From Marsupella aquatica (lineage: Eukaryota > Plantae > Marchantiophyta): 64,000 nucleotides of DNA. The stretch spans positions 8,667,079-8,731,078 of the forward strand of contig OZ316898.1 of the NCBI GenBank assembly GCA_973895155.1, read 5' to 3'. Each line of letters starts with the position of its first letter. The first letter of the stretch is position 1. The notes under the pieces are model-generated. The model was not told the origin of the DNA. It did no database searches and saw only the letters and a program-made list of their open reading frames with translations. Shown piece after piece: positions 41,361 through 54,503 of the stretch. The position numbers and the translations under genes are program-made.

Positions 41361-42154
41361 TCAGGTTTTGTGTTCACTATTTTAATTTTAATGTGCCTTA
41401 ACAAGATGAATTATTTGTATTAATTTTATTTTGAATTAAGTTCTGGATCCCTTTTAATTTGAGTGAATTTAGAATATTATGTCTCCCCTCATAAATGTTT
41501 AATATTTCCTTTTCAATAACTCCTTAGTGAACTATTATTTTTCTCATGAGGATGAGATATATGAATCTGAACAATGTGGATATTTGGCCAACTAAGTTCC
41601 AGGTTTTAATTGAGTTTATTGTCATTACCTAGAACCAAGTGCACAATTTTTTAATATCTTTGTACTTTCTTGTTCATAATGTGCTTTTCTTTACATGTGT
41701 ATTTTTTTTAAAATAAAGTAAATTAAATGAATTAAATCATTTAGAATATTATGTCTCCCCTCATGAGCAAATAGGAATTTTGTTAGGGAGAAGAGTGTTG
41801 TTAGATAGAGACTTAGTTTAAAATTTCTTTTGCTTTTAGCTGTCTTTTATATTTTTGTGTTTGCTCACAAAGGACCCGCCCGAAGCCCAGAGAGGCATGA
41901 CTTTGTGGTAGCTCATTTGAATTGAGACTTATAGGTCTTGGGTTTAACTGTTGTGGTTGACACTTCCCTACTATTGTGGCTGGCTCTTCCCTTTCTGTGG
42001 GGTTTCACAGATTTCCCCTTAAAAATAAAAATAAAAAAAGGACCCGCCTGAAACCTAGTACTCCGCCATGGGCTGGAAATTTTTAAGCCAGCCTGAAACT
42101 TATAACTCCAAATGGCTAGCAAGTTGCCCGCAAAAAGAGCAGTCCCAAAAATAT

Positions 42155-42552
42155 TTGTTATCAACCAGGTTCTTGCTAGCCAGGCAATTGGATAAAGAGA
42201 AATGTGGACTATATTATGAGGTGGTCACAGATACTCACAAAAATATATGTTATTAACCAGGTTCTTGCTAGCCAGGCAATTGGATATAGAAAAATGTGGC
42301 CTATATTATGAGGTGGTCAGGTTCTTGCTAGCCAGGCAATTGGATAAAGAAAAATGTGGACTATATTATGAGGGGGTCACAGATACTCCCCAAAATATAT
42401 GTTACTAACCAGGTTCTTGCTAGCCAGGCAATTGGATATAGAAAAATGTGGCCTATATTATGAGGTGGTTACTATGTTATTAACCAGGTTCTTGCTAGCG
42501 AGGCAATTGGATATAGAAAAATGTGGCCTATATTATGAGGTGATCACAGATC
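42155..42552. repeat. Minisatellite, 5 copies, ~60-bp core in units of up to ~91 bp
   Basis: AGGTTCTTGCTAGCCAGGCAATTGGATA.AGA.AAATGTGG.CTATATTATGAGG occurs five times with variable linkers. Confidence 0.9.
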
Positions 42553-43495
42553 TTATGGACACGGATCATGTGAGGAAAAAATTGCCTGGTTCTCCCACTG
42601 TGTGTTTATAAGTGAAGAAAATGTAGATAGCCCTGGTTCTCCCACCTGTGTTTATAAGTGACGCTGACTGACCAGAGCTGATGGTAGTCAAACATTGTAA
42701 GATAATGTAGCTAGCTGGAGATAAGCTTAATTAAGTGGAGAATTGCTCTGTTCATGGATATAGTTGAATTCCAAATGCCATTGTGTCGAACGATACGGCT
42801 GAATACACAGGACGATTAGCATAAATTTCTACATCGAAGACACTTCAAGTTCTCATGGGAAAAGTCTCAGCCACAGTTCAGTGTATGTTCGGCTTAATGC
42901 ATTCTGTGCTCTGTCAACCACCCTAGCACAATTCATCTCACAGGTGGTGAATGAACACAGGAAAGAGAGACCCAACAAGGGACAATTCAACATCGATTCA
43001 CCATTTTAGGGAATGCCAACTCACCAACCAGTTACAAGAGGCTACTGTGAACTTGGGGTAAGATCTGTTCGGAAAGCATCAAGCATTTCAGACCCAAATG
43101 TCATCACTCCAGAGACATCCGCAACTCTTTCGCTAAGAATGATGGCAGGATCCGCAACACCAAGGAGAAAAAGGCTGAAGTGAAAGTGTTCTTCAATTGA
43201 ACATAAGTTCCATGCTGGACAATGCTTCTGTGCATGTTTGTTTTCCTACCACCAAAGCTGTGGGCACCGAAAACAAATTCGAAACTATTTCGAACGCAAC
43301 TCCCTACCTCTCCTCAATGTGCGATGCTGCCCGGTGGACACACGCAAGATGTTTCTGATTGCCGTATATCGTGATACACTAAAATTTCATTGGTCCTTTC
43401 CATCCAGTCACTACCAGTACAAATGCAAGGACCTAATTTCATCAAAATTGTAGAATTCGTCAATAAACTCAACAGCCGTACTTGTCTTCACTAAA

Positions 43496-46400
43496 TTATG
43501 AATGAGCTATCAAGATTTCCAGTTTTTGCGTAGTATTCAGGTGTCCACCATACCTGTATATTTCAGCCAGGGCTCTAATAGCTTTTCTAAGATAAATAAC
43601 TTTCTGGACGTGTCCCCCACTAGAAGTCAGCATAGAATCATTCATTTGTAACCCGTACCGGCGATGCTCTTTGGGAGGGGGTAAGGGCTTGTCATCATAA
43701 GAAAGGCCTTTACTGTTAGCGACCTCAGCCATACTCATTTCTGCCATTTGATCTAGCAGACCATACTCATTCGTAAACGCGTCGCTCGTACTCAGCTTGT
43801 CTGAAGTGCACAGTGAGGCCAAGAAGTCTTGTAAAAATATTGCCCTCTGCATTCACCAAGCATTGGTCATTGGTTTGGGGTCAACTTGAGTGATCACAGG
43901 TGCAGGCGTGAGCTCCAATTTCCTTTCTGGCTTCTTCAGTTGGTGCTTACTAGGAGCACACTTCCACTGAAGGAACATTTGACCCATTTTTAATTTATTC
44001 TCCCGGCATTGCTTCCAAACTACCAACGCGCCCCAACCCAAGGTAGAACGACTATTGACGTTTTAGTAATAGCCCCTTTCTAACAAAGGATGTAAGGGAC
44101 AAGTTCCTCATACCTTCAGTAGGAAATCCTTCAAACAAAAAAAGTCCTCCGGGATACCCAATCCGAGTACATGAAGGATAGTAGTTGTCAGCTGCATACC
44201 ACATAAGATGATAGAACGGATTATATTATTCAACCTCAGTCACAATTGACAATTGTGTGTGGATGAAGAGAACAACCACTACACAGAATCAAGCTTGCAA
44301 TCGTTCGATACGAAACAATCGGGTTATGTTGCTACAAATGACATAAGTTGACTCTTAGCTGTGAAACAAAATGATGGCTGTCAAAATAATGAAAGTAAAT
44401 GCTTAATATACTGTTGGCTACAAGTGACACCTAGCACATCTGATATCTTATGTTTCTAATGAATCACCCATCCAGACAGCATTGAGAATGTGGAGACTGG
44501 TTCGAGTCAACCAACCTGTTCTGTCAACGCCTTGTTATATTTAAAACTTGTAGGTACCGACTTATGCTCGGAATCCATACAATCCAAGGCATGCACCAGA
44601 GCTTTTACGACGTCACTGTAGGACTCTCCATAATCTTCACAAGTCAAACTCATTCATCAGAAAACAAAAATCAATCGTGTTCAGTACTGATAATTCCTGG
44701 AATCGCAGACATTAAGAAAGCACACAAATAGTTAAAAGATGAAATGAAACTAACTGCAGACTAATGCTTGATGATGGTGAAAATTCAAGGGCATACCTTC
44801 TCGAGCAGCAGGAACAGCTAGTGCAGCTGCCGAATGTATCCGGATTTTAAAATTGGCTGAGTCGCGCAATAGCAAGAGCAATATACTGAACACAGATGGT
44901 ACCCTTCACAACACAAATTTATAGATCCTTTTAAACACTTCTCTTTTTCATTTACGCAAGAAAATAAATATTTTCAATTGACTTGAGCTCTAGAGACAAT
45001 ACTGCCACTCCTTTGTTAGTATCCACTATGATACTGTAACCACCTGCACTAAGTACCAATCGAAATTTTCGTCCCTACAATTGTAGTACTCGTAGTTTGG
45101 GAAGAAACTACACCAAACATAGACATCTTAAGGAGCATCGACTTACTTAATGATGATAGCTACGTAAAACGCAAAAATTAGGCAGCAAAACTTCTATCAG
45201 AAAACACGGAATACTTCCATGTAGAATGCATAGATCCCAGGCAGAGCCAAGAATGGAGCTGTCAAGAAACAAGTTGCATTTTTGTAGCACAAACGGCCCA
45301 CTTGAATAGGGGAGAACTCAAGAGGAAAATTATAAAAAGTTGAGGTATACCATGTCATTTGTGAGAGGCAGACTGTCTTGTTCAAAAATAAATTCCCCAG
45401 AGCATGACAAACATTCCACTGGACCTGTATCACCAAGAGCAAGAACACACTTAGGACAACAACTGTTTTGTTATGACCTCAGTGCACAAATTTAGAAGCC
45501 TGGATTCTAAAACAGAAGCACCAAGATCAGTAGCAATATATCTGGAAAAGTAGGCAATAACCTTCACATTTCCTGTAGTGACACACGACACTAATGTTTG
45601 CACCATGATCCCTAGCCACCTGCTCGCTTCTGCAGCTCCTCGATCTATTGAGTCGAGAGGTTGGTCAAATTTGTGCAGGTACTGTGGCGCTGTATCTTCT
45701 GGCACGTTCCTTGCTTGGAAATGAGAAGGACCACCGAAGTTCGCAAATCTAGCCAGGTTGCCGAGAGCTCGAACAGCATTTGCCCGAACCTGAAATACAG
45801 CAGTCCGATGAGCATCAGTTTATCTACCCACGTTGCTGTAGCAGAAAGACCCAGCACAAGGACAGATTCAAAGCACATATCTCTGCGGCGTTCAAGTAAC
45901 TGGCAATTCTTATTACCTTATCACAGTCTTTAGCTGCTTTCAAGGCACACTCCGCCAGACGAGCCAGTGGTAATGTCCCAGAAAGATTGTCTGCACCAAT
46001 CACCTAACGTCAAAACCAAGAATAGAACTGTACAGTTGTATGGATCCCAAGAAAGGATGTAGACCATGGCCAAAGTTCTTTGACGTTTCACATCAAGCGA
46101 TTCAACTTCAACATCAAACATCCCAGAGAAACTGAAAGCTGGCGCAGAAAACTTTGAGGGATACTTACGGAGGTAGACAAGGCTATTTGTCTCCGAGATG
46201 TTACGTAGAGCATCACATATATTCGCTAGTGCCCATGAAGCTGTTATCCTTACCTGCCGACACCGAGTCGCAACATCCATCACAAGGAATGCAATGATAA
46301 GGCAAATGTCTAAACCAGGCCTTTTGCTTCGCAAATTTCAACCTAAAAAATTGGTAACCTTCATTGGCAGTTGAAAATGAGCTAACAGGTGCACTCTCAG

Positions 46401-49400
46401 CCTGAACCTTGAAGGCGTGCCACGTACCGACACTGAAGTGTCTGTTATAGAAGAAGCAACCACATCAACTGCCAAGTCCAGTTTCTCTCTCCTACAACCC
46501 ACCCCGATTCTCGAATTAGACAATAGGCGCGATACATGACGTCCAGATCAACAGAAGGCAACAGGCTGATTCCCAAGAAAGAACAGGCAGGTCCATATCC
46601 GGTTGAGAAATACATGCGACTACCTTCCAGCGATCTGAGGAAAACCCATCACGACACCGATTGCTCGACAAGCAGAAGAGCGCACGGAAGGAGTGTCATC
46701 ATTCCAAGCTGCATAAAGCTGGTGTCCATGATAGGATACAAAGAAAGGAACCTATCAGAATCCTTCCAAAAAGAGAACATCTGGTTGAAAAGACAATAAA
46801 GCAATAGGGGCTTTGAACAGTGTTATATCAGTAATCTGATGGATGGCTCTTCTAGGTAATATCCGTATAACATTGAACACCTGCCAAGCTTAAATCGCAA
46901 CAACAACAGCCAAGAACTCCAGGGAGAATAAGGCAGACGACTCCAAAAGAACAGATTATTAAGGGATTTGTTGCAAAAGATATGTTTCCCAGGTGCAGAA
47001 AGTTTCTTCAAGATGATCATTGAGCCAAACATGAGAGCTTTGTCTTACCAGAGCAGAGAGGATATGATCTTGTTTTTGTGGTGGCAAAGAGATGAATAAA
47101 ATGTTTGTCAACCCAGCAAAGCATGTCAACGCCGCTCCTCGTACCTGTCAAGTAGAGGCCAATGATCATTTTTGTTATCTTCTTTTCTGACTTGCTTTTC
47201 GAATCCAACACCAGTTGCAAGATTGACTAAAGATATAGCAGACGTCGATAGTCTTACCATCGGCGCAGTGTGAGTAAGAGTTGGTGGTAGATGCTTGTTC
47301 AAAGCCTCCAACCAAAACGCAACCGCTGTGCCACAGTCAATTTCTTCTGATTGAAATGTCTCAAAGGCATACTTTCCAGGAGAAGAGCCCGTAGCTACCA
47401 GCAGCTTTGTTGGTTTGGGGACTAGAAATGGTGACGGTGGTTGTAGGAATCCTTCATCAAGGGATTCGTCTGTCCCTTGGTATCCACAAGTTGCTCTAAG
47501 AAACTCATCAAGCAGCTGTCATGACACATATTCACACAGGAAAAAGAGTAAATAGCATACTTCAAACATATCGAGTGAAAACCTCTCCATTTGATGATAA
47601 CATTAAGATCAAAGCAACACGTATGGACATCAGTGCCGTGCAGCAGATAATATTGTTATACCTTGATTGCACTGTTCACAACTTTGTCATCAGCCAATCT
47701 TGCCGTTTGGCCATTCAATGCACTCCCTGGTGGTGCAACACCTTTCCTGACGGTTTGCTGATTTGATAGTGAATTGAAAGGCTCTACCAGACCGTCATGG
47801 CCAGTCGCATGATCAATGGTACCCATTATTGAGCGTGAAATGGACTCCCAGTGGTTGGAGAGTATAGACGGGTAAGTGCGCACCGCAGCTTTCAATGCCT
47901 GCAAAGAGCCGCATCTGTCGACCAGCTTTCAGGTTCGAGTTCATATATTCATGCTGTCATTCTCTCTTCCAAAGGCCCACTTTAACAATGTAATGAATTC
48001 GGCATGCTTTTCCCTCAGATTGAAATCATAGCAGGGCCAAATCAAAACAATCACTTTAACCAAATCTGAAAAGAGGAACAAGACACGCAATAGTAGATAT
48101 AATAGTAGATCAACTTGCCTGGAATGCCTCCACACGTACAGCGGGTGATGCAGGGGGAACGGTGTATGATATGAGATCTTGAAGTAGAAGATGGCTACAC
48201 GAGGGGCCATTCACCGATGGTGTCCAGGTGGCAGAAACTGCAATGTAAGCAGCTTTTAGCTAGTTGATAATTCAAGAGACTATTCGTAATGTTATAAACA
48301 AATATGTAAGCCCATATACCACCCCATAACCATAACATGACTTCGAACAAACCCAGGACCTGAACAAATCAATAATTGATAAAAGGAAGAGGAAATCCCA
48401 CAGTGTTCTCCTTCATACCTGGCGATGCTTCCATTACTAGATTTGCGGCTACAGTGGCTGAAGGTGGAGTACAGCTTAAGGCAGCACCAAGAGTGTTGAT
48501 GGCAGCACACTGCACCAATCAAGAAGCAAGATTGTTCAGTATGCTGATAAAAATAACGCTGCCTCATTCCAGTTCAAATGCAGTCACGTGCTGGTATATT
48601 TACCATAACGTTGCTCTGATCCCCGGATGAAGAAAACAATTCTCGAGCCCTTTGATGTACTGACTGGAGAACATATGGCAAAAGCTCTGCTGGTAACCGA
48701 GAAAATCTGTCCATCTCGTACCAGCAAGTTGATTAATCCAGGTGAATGGCTTAGTGGAAACCGGGTTGCACAAAACAGACAATCCTTGAATGTAAGAGAA
48801 TGGATCTAAGAGACTTCCAGGAACGTCACTGCAGCTTGTCAGCAAGTGCAAGAACAAAATCAAACCTATAGGCTTCCCACACCCACAATAAAGGACCCAA
48901 ACTTACGGAGAGGCCGAAACCAAAAGTGAGAGTGCCTTCAAAGTTGCGACCAGTATGCCACCTTGACTCTCATTCACAATCACATGAACAAGACCTGCAA
49001 TATACAGCAGTTCCCTGATTAACTTACATCAAGAGCATGCATATCCTTCAGCTGACAACAAGGCTTTCCTATTGTGTCATGATTCTAACCGAAAACAATC
49101 CAGCACAGGATGTAAAGCTTCCTTCGCACTCGCTTCTATGTTTTCCTTTTTTCGTTCAAACAATTTCTGCACCATGGCCTGATTGCATGCCGGTGGACCT
49201 CAAGATCTATTCATAAACTGAGTCATGCAATGACAAAACTATGTCTACAGATGGAACTCTCCCCCAAATTCTTATAAAAGCAACAGCAAAAGCATCAGTG
49301 CAAGGATTGCATCAATAGTATCAATGTTGCTTTAGAAATTGCAAGGGTTTCAAGCACCTATGAGCAGTTGAATCACCAGCTGGCCTAAGGAGCTTGACAA

Positions 49401-52400
49401 TGTTGTGAAAGACTTGGATCTTGACATCTCCTTGTGTTCAGCTGCTTGTAAAAATGCGCGAGCTGGACCTTCAAACATCACAGCGACAGTGGATGCAGCT
49501 GCCATGCGCACCTGAAACACATGGTATGGTAAATCAAGAGTGAGTTCACAAAAGATTAAGGATGTTGAGTGAACAACAGTAACTCACTGAACCGACAAGC
49601 ATCTGGAACTCCAAACCATATAAAAGGACGGAAGAGCCATTAAGGGACTACTTCAAAAGTTAACAACCACCACCAATCTGTGGACGCAAACCCGAAAGAA
49701 ATAGGGACCAGAAATCCAGACAACCTGGTAATATGGGATATTTACGAAAATAAAACAGATATTTGTGTATCCCACATTATAGTTCACTATTGCCAGACAC
49801 CCCAAGACCACAGTCAGTATATATCGATTCTGGTACTTTCACCTCGCCTCAAAGAAATCAATAACGAAGCGTACCTTCATAATAGGGTCAAATAAAAGCA
49901 TCGTGACCAGCGTAGCTTGAAATGGCCTGTAAATATTCCAATCCTTACTATTACCAAACGACACAATTGATCAAGTAACCACTTGAAACAACCATTAGGC
50001 GAAACAAAGAGCTAATGATTACTGGATATATGAAGTTCCAAAAACATGGATAGCTTACCGAGGTTGAAGAACGTCGTGTGTAGGTAATAGACCTACCCAA
50101 TGGGCATGAAGAACTTTTGGATCTGTCCTGGCTAGAGCCTACAATCATTTCACATCCACTAAGTCACTGACCAAATTCTCGACTAGAAGCAAAAGTATCT
50201 CAATGACCAAGACTACATTTTTAAACATAGCATGGTTTCACCTCGAATTCACATTGCTAACGATCACTTTGCCCTCAGCTTATCTGATTTCTCTCTCCTC
50301 ACTTTTCTGCGTCTGTCCCTGCAGAAGTTGTGTACGTCTCAAACGAAATATCTGAAACGTCACCTTGTTTAACGACTAGTCCAAATGCAGAGATGGATCA
50401 TGCCTGAATGCTTAAAATGGCATTTGTGCGAACTTTAGAGCTCTTGAAGCGGTCTCCCTCTTCATGCTGCCCATCACTGTCACTCAACTCTGAATCAGAT
50501 GAGGCTCCTCCCCGCCCTACTCGTCCTTCTAGATCTGAATGCAGGCTATCAAACTTTCCAGTTTTCCCACTTTTAGCAGGAAGCTTGCCACGCAAATGCG
50601 GAGGACGATATGCCCCATTTTCTTGGGTCTTCACTTTTGCATCTCTCCAAGACCCAGATGTCATTACTGCAACTTGCCCTTGACTCCCTTTATTGAAAAT
50701 CTGGGAAGAGCCAAAGTTGGGTAAACCATATGTGAAGAAGACACGTAAAGCCCCTACGAATCCACTGACCTGTCATGACCAAATAGGATCGAGTGAGAGA
50801 ATAAAATAGTTTCCGTGGCCAGGCTCACACAAAAATTTATTTTCTTAATCCTTCGAAAACATTCACTCCTATGTAGATGTCGTAAAGACAATGCTGGGGT
50901 CGGGGGAATCCGCACATGCTCGCATAGAGAGCTCTTGGTGTCGGAGAGAACCAAATGCACACAACGTAGGACTGCAGCATATGATCTGCAGGCAACCAAA
51001 CGGTAGATCTCAGCCGTGTTAATATTTTTCTTCCCTGAAAAAACTAAGATGTTATTTCCTCTTCTGAATCAAATTAGGTGTCAGCACTGCAATAAAATTA
51101 AACCCAGCTACCTGTGAAGCAAGTCACCTGGATGCGGCAGCATCTTCTATAAGCTTTGATGACACCATACTTTCCAGCGTGATCCGCAATACCTATAATT
51201 CAGTAACATTAGATCGGACGACCGTTACGCTTGTGAACATGGTAAGTGTATGCAACTTCTGCAAATTGAAGCATGACGAGTCCCTCTGCTTATCGTAAAC
51301 AAGTCCGGCTTACAAATGCATCAAATCAGCTATCTTTCATATTGCAAGATCTCAACTACGATAAGAGATTCTGAACGATCCCAACTACGATAAGAGATTC
51401 TGGACGCACCCTAATCACCGCTGCCCCACTATCTTTGGAAACCGAAGTTCCAGCTCGAGTAAAAAGGTTGCCCATTGCAGTGAATACTAGCCTCTGATAC
51501 TCTCTTTCCTCTTGCCCAGATGTGGTCTTTGCTTCTGCTTGCACATTTTCTGATCTTCGAACCCAGGCCTTAGGCATCTTTTCACCCCGGTCTATGTTGG
51601 AGAAATCTTGCTGCGTAACTGACCTCAAGAGGACATTCAAAAGAGAAGATATCTCTTCGGAAGGTATTTGACCTCCATACTCGTGAAGAACTTGTCTGCC
51701 ACGGACAGATGTGTCTGAGATGGAGGCAAACAAAAGTAACTCCGAGTTTCTTCTAATATCAGACATGGAAGTGAATCACTGGAAACTAAGCTGATAAAGC
51801 AGTCGGAAATTGAGCCCTTACGACCTCAGTCTGATGACAGCACAATTTCATTACCGGATGCAAGCTTCCATGTAGGCACGATTTATTTAACTCTTTTAAC
51901 ATTAAGAGGTTAACTGCTTATGCAATGACGGTTCAAGATAAAAACTTACACGAGGGCCCTTAAAGCCTCCCACTCTGCTTTGGCTCCCGGGTGCGTCAAA
52001 CATTTGGCCGAATCTTCCTCTAAATCTCTTACCCATTGACTGTTTGAGCCTTCTAGGATCTTCCTAAGAAATTGTACCAGAATCAGCACAGCTCCTGACT
52101 TATACTCCAACTGGATACGAGAACTTAAATCTAGAACCTGCATACGCAAACAATAGTTTTAATCAAACGACAGAAGGGCCCTTCCGTAACAACCCATGGA
52201 AAGACAATACGTTGCTATTTGGGAAATGGTGTAAACCATATGCGAACAACACATCTATATTGCAAAAAGGGAAAGCTCTGGTTAGATATTCCCACTCCAC
52301 AGGGAATATATATCTGCTTAGAAGAAGCTACTCTGCGAGAGTCTCATTACGGAGAAAAGACCTCAGAACACACCAAAGTTTAAAGACGAACATTGCACTT

Positions 52401-53364
52401 GATGTTGACCTACACTGATATGACATAAACGATTCTCAGCACAATTCTCAATAAAACCAAACAGGTTTGGACACAATACCAAGCGGCAAATTCCGCAATT
52501 GATATTCGCATACGCATCAGCCTCAGAATGGGTGCAATTTGGGGACACCGAGTGTATTATCAATATAATATCGCTGGCAACCTGCACAGAGAGGCACACG
52601 ACTTACTGAAAAATATTATAATGCTCCTCAGTGACAAACCATTGCGGTGTAAGACTATGGACAGATCTGATCGGCCTTTGATCGGTCAAACCGACATTTC
52701 CACCAACACCAAACATTAGCAATTCACAGCATGATGACGAAAAAGCTGATCTCAGTCATATCAATTGGCCAAATACAGTGACGAAAATCCCTCGGTGATA
52801 TCCAATGGCAGCAATCTGAAGAAACTTATTCGCTTCGAATCCTACAGATTATACGCGTGTACCCTGATGGTGCGCAGAGTGCAGAGATTAGGACAGAAAA
52901 ACAGACTAGCAACCCGTCCTAAACCAGATTCTCATGAAGTCAGAGCTTATGACAGGTAGCTTGTGGTCCTACTCCCCAGGACTCTCGATTTCACGGCATT
53001 CAGGGCACTCATTCCTGACTGGAGAAAAGAAAAGGAAGATACTCCCAGCCAAATGCAGCCAAAGGCGGGAAACTAGTGCCTCGAGAATGAATGAAATTAA
53101 GTTTTAAATCAGTTGATTGATTCCGAATTGACTCGGATTGAATTCCATCCAGTTGAATATAACGAAATGAGATTGAATGCATAATGAAGTAAGCCAGGCA
53201 GGGAGCCGTACGTCGTGAGGCGGTAGCTCGAAGACGGCGGTGAGGTTCGCAGAGAGTTGCGCCACGGCGGCTTGAAGCAGCTGGATGTTCGCTGGAGGTG
53301 TGGAGTTTCGCAAGGGAGCCATTGCCGCTCGCCATGCTTGCACCCTCGCATTGGAACTCATCAT
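43496..53364 (-). CDS. HEATR6: HEAT repeat-containing protein 6 homolog, >20 exons
   Basis: Spliced minus-strand exons give WRAAM..LR (N-terminus), YRPPHLR, SSDSELSDSDG, SSKVRTNAILSIQ, LLPTHDVLQPR, LFDP, VRITASWALANICD, KVRANAVRALGNL, TTGNVKVQWNVCHALGNLFLN and DSANFKIRIHSAAALAVP. ATG at 53364; stop inferred at 43496. Confidence 0.9.
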
Positions 53365-53681
53365 CGACACTGCGCACAAATCTCTCGGTCTCTTCTGGTG
53401 CTACTCCGAAGTCTGAACATCTCTTGGCACCCCTGGTGCTCTCGATAGATTTGCTTCTTTCATGTTCATGCAATCCAACGAGAAGAGTGGTATGGGTCTG
53501 TTCAGAGAGACGAGCTCTGCACCATATCAACGAAACTCGAGCAACCATCGATGAGACTCTCGCTCAATTGGACATCTTTTCGATAGCTTTTCAATGTCTT
53601 TCTTTGAAATCCAAAGCACTCACCCTCTGAAAGTATGCAATGGCTAACAACCAAGACCCCCCTCCATACCGAGAATCCTAT

Positions 53682-53935
53682 TACCTACAGTAGAATGTCA
53701 CATTTACTACATTGACACTCGTTTTGAATTACATCTACATTAGAATGTCACATTTACTCCATTGACACTCGTTTTGAATTACACCTACATTAGAATGTGA
53801 CATTTACTACATTGACCCCCTTTCTTGAATTACACCTACATTAGAATGTGGCATTTACTACATTGACACTTTTTTTTTAATCACACCTACATTAGAACGT
53901 GACATTTACTACTTTGACACTCTTTTAGAACTACA
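53682..53935. repeat. 50-51 bp minisatellite, 5 copies, upstream of HEATR6
   Basis: TAGAA(T/C)GT at 53691, 53741, 53791, 53842 and 53893. Confidence 0.95.
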
Positions 53936-54377
53936 CTGGCCTGATTACCTGTTTGTTCCTTGGACAAAAATAGAAATAAGACCAAAAAAAGAGTCTTGCA
54001 AACGACTCTATGATGTTCCTTTTCATCTCTGCATCCCTCTACTTGGTATGCATTTTGTAAGAAACTATCGGCTCAGACTAGAAAGCAAATGTGTAACATA
54101 AGAACACTCAATCTCACACTACACCAACAAGAGACCACGATGGAAAAATTCCTGAATGATCCAAAGTACATGAGAAAGTACATGTGAAGAATGAGAGAGA
54201 AAATGCACTCTCTCCAACCTATTCATGGGGGCAAAGATGTGCGAGCCTAATCTAAGCACATATTATCCTAATGTAATCTAGGGGTAATTAACCCCAGTAA
54301 AACCAAACTAACGAGTCAATAACTAAAGTCAATTCCTAACACATTTCATTTTCAGTTTTGTCTTTATCAGTACTGTT

Positions 54378-54503
54378 TTTATTTAGAGTTCGGGTATAGA
54401 GTCTTCACTCTAGAAGGCTAGGCCCCAACTCCAGCTCTGTGTTTATTTAGAGTTCGGGTATAGAGTCTTCACTCTAGAAGTCTAGGCCCCAACTCTAGCT
54501 TCT
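54378..54503 (-). repeat. Two tandem copies (64-bp period) of the short hairpin element seen at 17976 and 18369
   Basis: TAGAGTTCGGGTATAGAGTCTTCACTCTAGAAG.CTAGGCCCCAACTC.AGCT occurs twice and is reverse-complement similar to 18369-18422. Confidence 0.75.

Noticed and set aside
40126-42611. Short ORFs with internal peptide repeats
   Set aside because: Explained by local DNA duplications and the minisatellite, with no recognisable domain.
50060-50100. Suspected frameshift in a HEATR6 exon
   Set aside because: Re-reading gives CCT ACA CAC GAC GTT CTT CAA CCT CG, which is in frame.
53009-53548. 179-aa ORF as a separate gene
   Set aside because: It overlaps HEATR6 exon 1 in another frame and runs into intron 1. 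At most it is an overlapping uORF, and the TSS is unknown.
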